Shown: positions 49,701 through 61,887 of the stretch, piece by piece
Numbering within the stretch: position 1 is the stretch's first letter
Layout of the letters: each line of letters begins with the position of its first letter
DNA from: Protoeuglena noctilucae
Taxonomy: Eukaryota
NCBI GenBank assembly: GCA_958009085.1
Contig: OY253687.1
Location: 744,001 to 808,000, forward strand
Length of the DNA stretch: 64,000 nucleotides
Direction: 5' to 3'
Program-made: the position numbers and the translations under genes
The notes under the pieces: generated by a model
Told to the model about the DNA's origin: nothing
The model's database searches: none
The model's input: only the letters and a program-made list of their open reading frames with translations

Positions 49701-50575
49701 CTCTTTTACCCACCCCCCCACTGCTACTCACACTGCTGCCCATACCCACACCCACACCCACACCCACACCCACACCCACACCCACACCCACACCCACACC
49801 CACACCCACACCCACACCCACCCCCACCATCTCCCCCTCACCCCCGCAGTGGGCGACGCGTATGTGGTGGCCGTCAACTTCGGCAGCCCCGACCCCGACC
49901 ACGCCTTGACCGCCCTACGCATCGCCATGTCGATTGCTCAACTGGCCGACTCGATCGTTGTACCTGGGGAAGAGGGGATGCGGCTCAAGGCCCGCGTGGG
50001 GGTGCACACCGGGCCGGTGGCGGCGGGGGTGCTGGGGCGGCTACGTAACATGCTGACGTTAGTGGGAGACACGCTTAACACGGCCAGCCGCATGGAGAGC
50101 AACTCGGAGCCGGGATGCGTGCAGATTTCCGACAGCACGTTCCAGCTGCTGCCGCCTCAGGCGCAGGAGATATTCGAGCACAGGGGTGAGGGGTGGGGGG
50201 GGTGGGGGTAGAGGGGTTTTCTGGTGTGTTGCGTTGGGGTGGGGGTGGGGGTGAGGGTGTGCGGTGCTGGTGGTGGTGGTGCGCGATGTGGTGGTGGTCG
50301 TGAGGGGTGCGTGGGGGGCAGGGTGGTGGTAGTTGTTGAGGGTGGTTGTGGTAGTGTGGTAGTGAAGGTGGTGGTGGTTGTGAGGGGAGGGTGGCGGTGA
50401 TGCCGGTGCTGATGGGGTTGCACCATCTCTCCCCTCGGCCATCTCCTATCCACTCACTGTCCACCGCCCCTCCCCCGCAGTCATCAACGTGAAAGGCAAG
50501 GGCGAGATGGTCACGCACATCGTCGACGCGGTCGGCACCAACATCGACCCGGAGATACTCCTGCCAAACGCGTGA
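43705..50575 (+). CDS. Membrane-bound class III adenylate/guanylate cyclase (multi-TM N-terminus, long low-complexity linker, catalytic domain); in-frame TAG at 46646
   Basis: Hydrophobic exons 44597-45321 and 45820-46022; EVTMVFSDLVGYT, YKYETVGDAY, ARVGVHTGPVAAGVLG, LVGDTLNTASRMES, INVKGKGEMVT. Confidence 0.85.
49745..49825. repeat. (CCCACA)n hexanucleotide microsatellite at an intron 3' end
   Basis: About 13 near-perfect units seen directly. Confidence 0.9.
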
Positions 50576-51720
50576 ACGAGGGGACGTTGTGTGCGGGAAG
50601 GGGAGACGCACACACCTCCTTGATGCCTGAGGTGAACATGTGCGGGAAGGGGAGGTGGACATCTTCCCAATCCACACGTGTCCAACGCATGAGGGGGAGC
50701 TGCACACACGTGCCCAAGGCGGGAAGGGCAATGCGTCAAGGGCAGTGTGTCCAGAGGATACGCACACCTGCTCAGCACGAGCAGTGGAGATGCGCACCTG
50801 CCCAACGTGCACCTGCCCAAGCCGCGCACAGTGAGATGTGCGTGAGGTGGAGAGGAGCCCCGCAGGAACCTATCAGGCGCTGTAACGCCGCCCTCGTCGC
50901 GACCCGTGATCCGTACCCGAACCCTTCCTTCCCTAGCAGCCCCCCTCTCCCCTCGACCTCAATCCCGCCGCCGCCATCGCATCACAGTGACCTCCCCACT
51001 CCGATCGCTCCGCTGTTTGCGTCCGTCGTCGCCCGCACTTTTGCCTCCTTCCTTTTCCTCTCTTCGCACCGCAAAAGGGAGCATGCCCCGGTCCCTGCCT
51101 CGCCCCTGCTTGGCCCCCACATGCCTTAACCAATGTGCCGTAACCGAGATAACGTGTTGTTAGCCACCAAATCCAATCCCTCGCGTAGCGTCCTGCCTTT
51201 TCCTTCGTTCCGGAGCCACCGCGTCTTTGTCAGGGAGCGAGAGCCCCGGTTCCTTGCCCTGCCCGGTTTTCCCCGACTGGCGTTTCCTGGCGCCAGCGAG
51301 CTCGGTGTCCTAGCCCGCTTGCGACGAGCACGCACTCGACAACAGAGCAGTATTGTCCCCGCGGTCCCACCCGGGATGCACCCCCGCAGTCGCCCGCCCC
51401 GTTTTCCAGCGCCTGTGGCACAGGGCTGGGCTTACGCAGACACGCGGCGTTTTCGCAACAGCCGCCCTAGCCGGCCAGTCGCAGCCATCTGCGCTTTCCG
51501 GCGAGTATTTTTTGAAGTGACCGCATCGAATCGACCGGACGGGGAAACCGTGCGCGGCTCGCACGCCAAAGCTGCGAACGCAATCGCTCCCACGCGCTCT
51601 TGCGCAGCTGCTCCGCAGCCCCGGGTCGCGCCCACCGGCACGCGGGCAGCGCGCGCCTATTTTACTTCCCGTCGCTGCCTCGAGGGGCCGGGAGCCGCGT
51701 CGCTCGCCGCACAAGCGCCT

Positions 51721-52734
51721 TCAGGCGAGGGCGATGACGAGGATGAAGATGAAATCGATTATGGTCATCCCAATGAAGCCCGCCAACGCCGTCCCCGGCG
51801 CGGTCTGCCACGGGGTGATGACCGAGAGGAACTCGGTCCGCCGCTGCTGGATGAACGCCATCTGCGTGTACAGCCGGACGCCGTCAGCGTCATTGTTGCT
51901 TTTTAACACTGCAGAGGAGCACGGGAGCGCGCAGCTGTCACGAGCGAGCAGGTCTCACGATCGTGAGGAGGAACACGCTGAGGTACTTCCACCCGAGGTC
52001 GGCCAGCCAGTCGCACGATGCCGGGATGATGGTGACGAGCGTGACGATGCCCAGGGGGAACCACAGAGCGAACCAGCTGTTGCTGCGAGCGGAAAGAGGA
52101 TGGAGAACCCATTTGCCGCACAGGGATGACCGGGCGTGGCTGCGTTAGTGCATGGAACAGCGCAGCGCGCGTCACCGGAATGCAATGTCGCAGTCGACCT
52201 CGATGAGTTGAATTGAGTTCATCCGAGGGATAAGACCGTACTCGGTGCCCGTCTCGGCCTGCGGGCAGCGCATGAGCAGCTCGCGCGAGCAGCGGAAATG
52301 GCTCGGGCAGACGTGATGCGCGCGTGCCGGGCCCCGCTCGCTCACCGCGATGTATCCCAGCACGTCGGCGCGGTTCTGGGCGTTATGGAAGCCGTAGTTG
52401 CACCGCCTGGGAATCGAGGGGAAGCAGGGGCCGTGAGGCTGAAGCGTGCAGCCCCTAGCAGCTGGCCGTCGTGCCGTCAACCCCCTCACCTCTGGATGGC
52501 GGCGATGGCCCCCATCGCCGTGAGCATGAAGCAGAAGAATATGAAGTAGAGGACGTAGATGAGAGGCTTGAGGCCCTTGACCGGCGCTGCGGGGCAAGCA
52601 ACAACACGCAGCGTGATGCCCCCCCAGCCTGGCCGCCCCGCGCGCTGCCGGGTCGCCATCGGCGCACGCTAGCTAGTGCACTCACTGAAAAAGCTCGAGC
52701 GAGCGCGCTCGGCGCTCCCTCGCACGTTGATCAT
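51721..52734 (-). CDS. Four-TM membrane protein, LCI1/Sho1-TM-like (paralog A)
   Basis: 6 in-phase exons: MINVRGSAERARSSFF/TPVKGLKPLIYVLYFIFFCFMLTAMGAIAAIQR/RCNYG...YIA/AETG...DCDIAFR/NSWFALWFPLGIV...LLTI/MAFIQQ...GTALAGFIGMTIIDFIFILVIALA*. Confidence 0.7.
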
Positions 52735-53405
52735 GGCGCCTGAGGCGGAATGGTCGCACTGGGCAGCGAAAGCGAGGTCCGAGGCTCTCCGCTCGCCACT
52801 CTTGAACGATCTAGAAGGCGACGACTCGTTCTGTCACGGTTGCAGGCCCCTCGACGGCCCCTGGCGCCCGCGTCCCGGGCTTGCATGTCAGTCCGTCAAG
52901 CCGACCGCCACAGCCGTCCGCGCGCTCGATCGCCTCGCCCTCTCGACGCCACATCCATCGCAAATTCGGCGCGTGTGTCAAACTTGCGGAACGCCTGGCG
53001 CGGCGACGGCTTCTCGAGCTCGGCGACGGTGCAGGTGCCTTCGCGCGTCTGCTGTGGGCAAGTCCATCCCATCTCGAGGACGCGATCCCAGTTTTGGTGT
53101 CTAATTCACGCGTAGCGAGGCACTCGTTCATGCGGAGGGGCCTTCCATCTGTGAAATTTGTTGCGAGGCCGAGCCGGGCTCCAGGCGGAGCGAGGGGGGC
53201 TCCGCGGGGCTGTGCGCGATAGCAGCTCGTATGTCGTCTCCTGGCGAACGACGGGATCGCCGGGATCAGCCTCGATGGGGCGGCAGGGGCCGTCCCATGC
53301 CTCCCAAGCTAGTCACTGCGACAGGCCTCCGCGGGGCTTTCAGCTACAATCGCCCGCTTCTGTGATCGACAGGCACCCCCTCTGGACCGCTGACGAGGCC
53401 CCAGC

Positions 53406-54432
53406 ATGGCCGAGGAGCAGCCGACCGGGACCGTCCCGGAGACGCGCGGCAGGGCGCCGGCGACGGACCCGGAGGCGGCCCGGCCCGCATCCGAGCGGGA
53501 GGAGACGAAGGAGAAGGAGAAGGGGAAGCGCGGGCGCACGGTTTCCATGGCGTTCAACCCAGGTGCTGCGCGGACGTGCTGTGGCCCGCGCCGCCCTCCG
53601 CCCTCCACCCTCCGCGCTCGCCCCGCATTTCCTAGGCCATGCCCTCTTTCTAATCCTTCGTTTCTTCCAATTTCAGGCTTCATCCTCTTCTGGATCGACT
53701 GCATCGTGTACCTGGCCTTCTTCATCACCTCCCTGACGGGCGTGGGCATCGCGCAGAGCGGCTGCAACAGCGCCGCTGCGGCCCGGGGCTACAGCACCGA
53801 CTTCTGCGAGGTCCGCTACAGGTGCGCGACCCCGTTGCGCAGCGCACAGGCTGCTGCGAGTGCGCCGTGCACGGGCTGCTAAGCTGCTGTAAGTGTGCCA
53901 GACGTGGTTAACACTTTCTCTGCGTTAAGGAACAACTGGTACCGCGTCCTCTTCACCTTCTGCCTCGTGGTCATCTTCTTCGTCGCCATGGCCCTGGCCG
54001 GCCTCTTCCGCCACCACGAAGTCAAGATCGCGTCCGGTGAGTGCGAGTGCGTATGCGCGCCTCTGCAGCTGCCTGCAGCTGCACTAGCCCCGAACGGAGT
54101 CAAATCGACTTGCATCGATTAGCTTCAGACCCTGTAGATGCGTCTTGCCTCTCGTCGGCTGCGTGCCAAGGCACTGCGTGCCTTGGTGACAACACACCGT
54201 CAGCCCTGTCCCAGCCCCTCTCACGCCTCTCCCGTCATCCGCCCTGCCCCCAGCATCCATGCTCACGATCGGCTCGCTCCTCCTGACCGAGTCTTCCGAG
54301 TACTGGTCGGTCAACAACTACGGTGGCGGCAACCACACGGCCTTTGCGGGGGCCCTGGGTTCGGCCATCGCGCTCTATGCCATGGTCATTACCGTGGCGA
54401 TGTGGGACTTCATGTCCGAGGGACTCGCCTGA
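53406..54432 (+). CDS. Four-TM membrane protein, LCI1/Sho1-TM-like (paralog B)
   Basis: 4 exons: ...MAFNP/GFILFWIDCIVYLAFFITSLTGVGIAQSGCN...FCEVRYR/NNWYRVLFTFCLVVIFF...IAS/ASMLTIGS...HTAFAGALGSAIALYAMVITVAMWDFMSEGLA*. Confidence 0.7.
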
Positions 54433-54784
54433 GGAAGACGGGCGCCGGACAGGGCTTGATGGCTAGGCGCTGGGTGGAACGACTGGGGCGGCGCGACTGG
54501 CGCAAGAAACAGCTGCGGCGGTGCCAGAGAGCCTGCCTTGTTTGCACATGGCGCGAGTGGGGCACGATGGTGCCTCAGGTGGCCGGCACGGCCTGGCCAG
54601 CGGCGCCCGGGTTGAGAGGAAAGGCGCGACCACGCAGCCGTGCACCCGCCACCCGCCACACTCGCACCCTGCTTGCGCCCACCGCCTGCCTGGTAGTTCG
54701 CTGCCCGGCCGCGGCCCTGTTCCCGAGCTTCTCGCACGTGGCACGAGCTTTCCAGTGTCCGCGTTTAAAAGCGTCATCACGCGC

Positions 54785-54874
54785 AGCCACAGCCACAGCC
54801 ACAGCCACAGCCACAGCCACAGCCACAGCCACAGCCACAGCCACAGCCACAGCCACAGCCACAGCCACAGCCAC
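54785..54874. repeat. (GCCACA)n hexanucleotide microsatellite between convergent 3' ends
   Basis: About 15 units seen directly. Confidence 0.9.
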
Positions 54875-55085
54875 CCCTTCGCGCACCCCAGCTGCTATAA
54901 CCACCCAGCCAACCCCACCGCCGCTTGTGGCCCAGACACCGCCTTCCCGCGCCATCAGGTCGTCACCCAGGGTGCCCTGAACGCGCCTCAAGTCCTTGCA
55001 GCCCATACCATCCCTCTCTGCCCAGTCAACCCAGCCACCCCATACACCCACGCCATCGGCTCTGCCCACCCCGCGCGATGACCCG

Positions 55086-56602
55086 TCATCGCGCCTTGCG
55101 CCCTTCCTTCTTCAACTCCCACTCGATCAGTCGCTCCGAGCTGCTCCTCAGCTGTTCCAGGTTTGTGACCTGCTTGATGAGGAAGCCCGGGGCTGCCAGG
55201 AGGGCCAGGAGGGCCCCGGGTGGGAGCGAGGCCGCGGGGAGGGCAATGCCGGCGTGGGAGGCGAGGGACTGCAGGGAACGAGTGGGGGCGAGGGTGAGCG
55301 TGAGACATGTAGATAGATGACATGTGAATTGAGATGGTGGCTCTAAGCATGACGCTCGCAATGCCACCGCTTGTGTGTCACATCATAACACAACACACTC
55401 ACCCGGCATGCGTGCCACAGCGGGGCCGGGATGGGGAGGGGCAGCTGCAGCCCCTGAAATGCCAAGCCGAGGGAGGGGTGGAGGGAGAAGACGGCGAGGT
55501 AGAGGACTTCACAAGAGACGCAGCTGGGGGGGAGAACAGGGGTGGAACTGTGTTAGGAACAGTGGGGATGGGCGATGCGCTTAGCAGGTGGTGGTGAAGG
55601 TGAATGGGGACAGGGCATTCGACAGACCCATTCGCAGGCGTGTGCTCTATAGCTGCCAATGCGGCTGCTTCCCAGGACACAGCCTTTCAGTTATGGGGAA
55701 CGGCACGTCCACTATCGAGGTCACCATCGCCCCCGCTTGCCCCAGCCACTGCTCACCAGAAACCCATGAAGATGCGGTGCTGGTAGTAGAGATTGACAAT
55801 CCAGTTCGAGGAGCGCTTGTGGGTGGCCTCGCCGAGCAGCACGCTCGAGTACATTTGGAGCCAGTGGCTGAAGATGTCGAGGGACAACAAAGCCAGGCAA
55901 ACGAGGAGGAGGTTGGGATACATGGCGCCCACCAACGCGAGGAGACACGTCGTCGACATGCGGTCCGTCACCTGCGCGAGACGTTGGCGGAGAGTTGTTG
56001 CGCGCGGGGACAAGTGACGTGGCAAGCTGCGGTCGTGAGCAGGCTCGGGGCGCGCGGGGGGCGCCGGAGGGGCGCCGCGGCGACTCGTTGCGCAGCTCAC
56101 CATGTCGAGAACCGCTCCGAATGTCGTCGACTGGTTGAACAGCCGCGCGAAGCGCCCATCGAGCTCGTCGCAAACGAACGCCCCAAAGTATAACAGGATG
56201 AAGAGCAGGGGGTGCCGCCGCGCGATGGCGAAGCCCAACACACAGAATAACACCCTGGCGTACCCTGCGAGCGCGCGCGGGGCCGACGCCGTCCGCTACT
56301 GCGAGCCCTGCGCCCGCCACGCCATGCGGGCTCAAGCCACATCCCCCGCCGGCCCGAGCACCTCTGCCGGCTCCTAGAGCCCCGGAGCGGAAACATGCAG
56401 CGACATGGAAGGCATCAGCGTGACATCGCGTCAAGTAACGCGCGGGATAGACGCGGGGCAGCGGTTCCGCCCTGCGTGATGCGTGCCGGCGGGCCTCGCG
56501 CTCACCAATCAGGTTGGGGACATACAGCGCCGGTCTGTTATGTCTTTCAAAGAACCCCGTCCCGGGACCAGCGCCCGCGCCCCCATTCGCGGAGGGAGGC
56601 AT
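55086..56602 (-). CDS. PIS1: Phosphatidylinositol synthase (CDP-alcohol phosphatidyltransferase)
   Basis: LYVPNLIGYAR, CDELDGRFARLFNQSTTFGAVLDMVTDR (CDP-alcohol motif), LDIFSHWLQMY, FMGFCCVSCEVLYL, IKQVTN. Confidence 0.95.
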
Positions 56603-56953
56603 CGGAACAGGGCGGGTGCCTCGCAAGGCCGAACTCTCGATGTCGCGGCGAAGGCAGCGCGGTGTGACGCATAAAGATGACTCCGCCAGGATGCTTTGGG
56701 GCCATTCTCAGGCCCGCTCCCCGCGATGCCAGATGCAGCCGTGTCGGGCGGTGCGACGTGGACCAGGAGTGGCCGGAAGTCGGCGTCCCTGCACTTGCTT
56801 GTCTCATCGGTTCGGAGAGTACGCGCCTGGATCTCTGCTTGCGCCCTTCCATACGACGCCAGCGTTTTCAAAGTGTTCCGTCGGGTTCGGGCCGGGGATG
56901 GCGCCCGCAGAGTAGCCTGGTCGGGCGCGTGCTTAGGGCAGTAGGCGGGGAGG

Positions 56954-59698
56954 ATGGCGATGTTCGACATAGCGCAGGTCGCGAGGGTGAGCCAAAAGGC
57001 GCAGTGCGATGCGTGGAGGTGTGGCCGATCCCACCCGGCCTGCGACTCCGTCTCTACGAAGGCGAATGGCGAAACATAACGGCAGGATGCCGACGCCGGG
57101 GCCTTGGCCGTGTCCGCGGCGCCATGAGGGCGGCTGGCGATCCCGCATGGCGCGACGCCCTCAGCGCCCCGTCCGCCCTCCCCGCCGCGCATCCGTGGCC
57201 GTGCAGGGCTCCGAGTGCTCGCAGAGTGGAGGTCGCTTCTTGGTCCTGCTCAGCGCGCCCTCGCTCCGCGCCTGCTCGGCCCGGGCGCCCCATCCGTCCC
57301 TTCCAGCTTGTATTTGCCTCCGCGCGCGCCAGGGACGCGCCCGCGCCCGCGCTTCCCCCCCGCAGGCCGCGAAGGCGTTCGCGGACCCCAGCAAAGGCGG
57401 CGCAGTGGAGTCGCTGGGCGGCGAGGGCGGCACGGTGCTGTTTTCCACCGCCAAGGGGGAGTCTCACACCTTCAAGCAGGGCCTGAAGCACATGTACCGT
57501 CGATTGCGGGGGCAATTCAAGGTCCGTAAACTGCCGCGCGCGCTTTGTCGAGGGTTCCATTCTTCCGCGGCGCTTGCTGCGGGGCTGGTGGCGTGACTTC
57601 ACGTCGACTTGCACGTCGGCCGTTGCAGGTGGGGAAGCTGGGCGGTGACTTTGCGGAGCTGACGCAGACGCCCCCCGAGGAGACGGTAGTGGTGCTGGGG
57701 TGTCCGAAAGAGGACTTCACGGCCGCGGAGTTCGAGATGCTCCGCAAGTTCATTCGGGAGGGGGGGTCGCTGATCGTGCTGCTGGCGGAGGGTGGCGAGG
57801 CGCGTGCCAACACGAACATCAACTTCCTGTTGGAGGAGTACGGGATGTCGGTGAACGCGGACGCGGTGGTGCGTGCGTCCTTTCATAAGTACATGCACCC
57901 CAGGGAGTGCCACATCACGGGGGGCGTGCTCAACCGAGCAGTGACGGAGGCAACGCAGCAGCGGCAGGGCGACGACGATGCGGTGAGGACGCCGGTGGGG
58001 GTTTCAGCCGAATGTTGGTGCAGGGCATGCGTGTGTGCGAGCTGCCGTCACGGTGTGCGTGCGCCGACCGTGCTTGTCTGCGCGTCTGCAGGGTGGGTGC
58101 ACATGCCGGCGCCTGTGCTGCGGTGTGCATGCGTGCAAGTACCAGTGGTATCTGTCACCAGTACTGGCTGATGCAATCGTGCCTCACCATGCCACAGTGA
58201 CTTGTCACTTGTCAAACTGCGACCCCTTACCTGTCATGCCCAGGGCCCCATATCCAACGGCCACGGCCGGCCCGGCGCCCCGCGGGTGGACGGCGAGCAC
58301 ATTCCCGGCTTCGACATCGTCTACCCCCACGGCGCCACGCTGTCAGTGCAGGTGAGCGCACGAGACGGCGCAGGCGCAGAGAGCGTGTCGTTTGTCATAC
58401 CTGACACATGTTCACTCACAACACCTGACGCTGTCGCCCATACCGTTGTACCGTGACCGTGCAAGATTGTGCTTTGTAACCGTGCACTCCCCGCTTCTCT
58501 CCCACCGCTGCGTGTCGCCAAGCGCGTCGCGCAACCCACCGCACTACACCCCCTGACTGACAACCATCTCTTAGCAACCCCCGCTCTCCCACCCAGGACC
58601 CGGCCGTCCCGCTGCTCTCCACCGGCAGCGTGGCGTACCCCGCGCACCGTGCCATCCTGGCCGCCTTCCCCAAGCCCGGGGCGCGTGGCTTTGAGCACGT
58701 GCGTGGCAAGATCGCCGCGCTGGGGTCCGTGGAGATGCTCAGCGACTCGTGGCTGGACAAGGAGGGCAACAGCCGTGTGATGGAGTTCCTGTTCAAGTGG
58801 ATGCGCAAGGGGAGCGCCGTGGAGCTCGACAGGGAGGACGCCAACGCGGCGGAGCTGTCGGACCACACGCTCGTCCCTGACATCATGAAGCTGTCAGAGA
58901 GGCTCAAGGCGCCGCTGGTGAGGGGACGAGGGGTGGTGGTGTTCTAGCGTGGATTGTAGCGTGGAGAGAGGTGCAAGGCGACACTAAGGGGAGCCGTGGC
59001 GCTCCCCGCGCACAACCCCAACCTCACCCTCACTCACCCTCACCCCTCCCTCCCACCCCCCCAGGCCCTCTCGGACCCCATCCCCCGCGACTGGTCCAAG
59101 CTCTTCGACCCCCGCCTCTTCTCCCTCAACACCCGCGCCGTCCCCGACGTCGCCTCCCTCTACACGCGCCTGGGACTGCCCAAGGAGATCCTCCAAATCA
59201 TCGCCCCGCAGTTTGAGACGCCGCTCCCGCCCCTGCAGCCCGCCGTGTTCCCGCCCATCCCCCGCGACCCGCCCCCGCCCGCACTGGAGCTGTACGGTGG
59301 GTGTGGGGCAGGGAGTGGAGCGTCATTGTGCGCAAGCGCATGCGGTGGTTGCGTGATCGCTTCACGTCTGTGCTGCGACAGGGTGTATTTTGCATGATCG
59401 TTTATCCACCATGTCGTGTTATGCGATCACGAGGCACTCATCACGTTGTGTATCGTGCTTTGCATCCATGAATGCTGCCTTGTCTTTCGCAGACCTGGAC
59501 GAGGAGTTCGCGAACGAGCACGTCAAGCTGGCCCAGCTCACCAACAAGTGCCTGGATGGCGGGGCGAGTGACCTCGACTACTTCATCCTCGATTGCGCGA
59601 GGGTCATGGGGGTCAAGATGCCGCAGGGGCAGCCGCGGACGGCGCGGGGCGTCCTGGCCCACATTTTCACCGAGATTTGCCACTACAAGATGAGGTGA
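56954..59698 (+). CDS. IFT52: Intraflagellar transport protein 52 (BLD1/OSM-6 orthologue)
   Basis: VLFSTAKGESHT, EGGEARANTNINFLLEEYGMSVNADAVVR...KYMHPRE, VYPHGATLSVQ, PQFETPLPPLQPAVFPP, DLDEEFANEHVKLAQLTNKC; first and last exon limits approximate. Confidence 0.95.
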
Positions 59699-60203
59699 GA
59701 CGGCTTGCATGTTCATTCAGATATGCAACTGCAAGATGAGGTGAGGTGCATGGCTCGTGCAATGTGGGCTCATGTAATGGGCCCATGTTAGGTCACATGA
59801 GGAGGGAGGATGTGTTGGCTCAGGAGTTGTGCCGCTGCCGGATGAGGCATGGCATGCGGATGTGATGGCAGGCACGCGGCGTGTTGGCGATGTTAGCTAC
59901 GCTGCTGAATAGACCGTGACACGTCGCCACTTCGCCTGCCCGCAGTGATCCACGGCATGGGCGCTGAGAGAGCCACGCCGGGCTGGGCTGCCAGGCCACA
60001 GAGGCCCGGGGTGCACGCTTTTGTGAGTGGTCACTGTTACTATGGCGGAGCGCCTGTCCTTTGAAAGCGGCACTGATGATCATACATGATTCACAAGAAA
60101 CGCCGGGTGTGACCCGTCACGAAAACTTTCACAACATCACGCTTATCGCAGCACCCTATTTGGCTTGGACCCAAGCTGTCGTGTCGGCGGCGCCACTTGT
60201 TGA

Positions 60204-61887
60204 TTAAGCAGCACCAGCCGTCGTCTTTGCAGCACCGCCCGTCGTGGCAGCGCCGCCCGTGGATGCGGCCCCGCCCGTCGATGCCTTAGCAGCGCCATCC
60301 GTCGTGGCCTTGGCGGCACCGTCAGTCGTCGCCTTAGCAGCGCCGCCCGTAGTCGCAGCGCCACCCGTCGCAGTGGCACCGCCCGTGGAGGCAGCACCGG
60401 CCGCCGTGGCCTTTGCGCCGCTGTCAGTCGCCGTAGCAGCGCCGCCCGTCGCAGCGGCCCCACCCGTGGTGGCCTTAGCAGCACCACTGTCAGTCGCCTT
60501 CACAGCGCCGTCCGTCGACTTCGCAGCACCGCCCGCAGTGGCAGCACCGCCCGTCGTGGTCTTTGCGCCACTGCCAGTCGTCGCCTTCGCAGCGCCGTCC
60601 GTCGCCTTAGCAGCACCGCTTGTAGCGGCAGCGCCGCCCGTGGCAGCAGCGCCGCCCGTGGCGGCGGCGCCGGGCGTCGTTGCCTTTGCGCCACCATCGG
60701 TTGCCTTCGCAGCACCACCATCAGTAGTTTTGGCAGCGCCGCCCGTCGTAGCGGCCCCGCCCGTGGTGGCCTTCGTGCCACCATCGGTCGCCTTCGCAGC
60801 ACCGCCCGTGGTGGCCGTTGCAGCACCACCGTCAGTCGCCTTCGCAGCGTTGCCGGTAGCGGCAGCGCCAACTGTGGTCGTCTTGGCGCTCCCGTCAGCC
60901 GTCTTGTCAGCACCGCCCGCCGTGGCCTTTGCGCCGCTGTCGGTCGCCTTCGTACCACCATCCGTCGCCTTCGCACCACCATCCGTCGCCTTCGCACCAC
61001 CATCAGTCGCCTTCGCACCACCATCCGTCGCCTTAGCGCCAACGTCAGTCCCCTTCACGCCACTGTCAGTTGCCTTAGCAGCACCACCGTCCGTCGCTTT
61101 AGCAGCACCGCCCGCGGTAGCCTTGGCGCCCCCGTCAGTCGCCTTGGCACCGTCTGTGGCCTTGGCGCCACCATCGGTCGCCTTCGCACCACCGTCAGTC
61201 GTCTTCGCACCGCCGCCGGGCTTCTTGTCGGTCTCGACTGCGCCCGCCTTCGCACCAGGCAGCAGATGGGCGCAGTCAACCACATAGGCCGCCTCAGCAT
61301 CATCACCGATCTTGTTCCACTGCTTATCATCTGCGGGGCACGCGGTTAGGAATCCCGTTACTTAAATGTGCGACTGAGATGGACAGCGTCTCGGTTTATC
61401 GCAACCCCCTCGAGAAACTCACCCATTTTTTTCAGAGTTGCGGAGCACATCGGCCCAGACAGGCGGAAAATCTCGTCGGCGACGCTGCGATCCGAGAACG
61501 AAGGTCATGTGCATTTTTCACTCGCATCGCGGCGGTGAAGCGGCGCAAGAAATCCCTGCGCGCGCCCTCACCAAACGAAGAACGCTTCCTGGCTTGGCCA
61601 TGCGGCTTGGCCATCCAGGCGCACGCCACTCGATAAGTGCTTCCCGAGTTCAGCTCTATCCAAGCATTCATCTCCTGCGTGGCAATGTGTCGTGGTGTGA
61701 ACGGGTGACGGAATCCTGTAATAACGTGCAAGGCTGTTGGGCGCAGCTTTGCGCTCCCGGCATCACATCAGCCCGCACCGTTCTTGTCCGCCTTCATCAT
61801 GCGGTTTATCACGTCCGCAGGGATGGCCTGTGCCACGCCCACGATCGCCAGCGCGGCGACCACCGCGACATGGACGACGGATGGCAT
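60204..61887 (-). CDS. Secreted EF-hand protein with a long Ala/Thr/Gly/Lys-rich repeat tail
   Basis: Exons 61779-61887, 61572-61674, 61423-61484 and 60204-61330 join in phase: signal peptide MPSVVHVAVVAALAIVGVAQA, EF loop DKNGDECLDRAE, then (K/A)ATDGGA / AATGGA repeats. Confidence 0.8.
60210..61215 (-). repeat. Coding tandem repeat array of 18-24 bp units (KATDGGA / AATGGA variants)
   Basis: Repeated gtcgccttcgcaccacc-like units seen directly. Confidence 0.9.

Noticed and set aside
33077..59777. TGTAA chlorophyte poly(A) signals at 33077, 50881 and 59773
   Set aside because: Plausible, but a 5-mer is not significant alone and it was not found after several other genes
60244..61287. 347-aa plus-strand ORF (AAPPVV repeats)
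   Set aside because: Antisense shadow of the minus-strand repeat exon, which splices to signal-peptide exons
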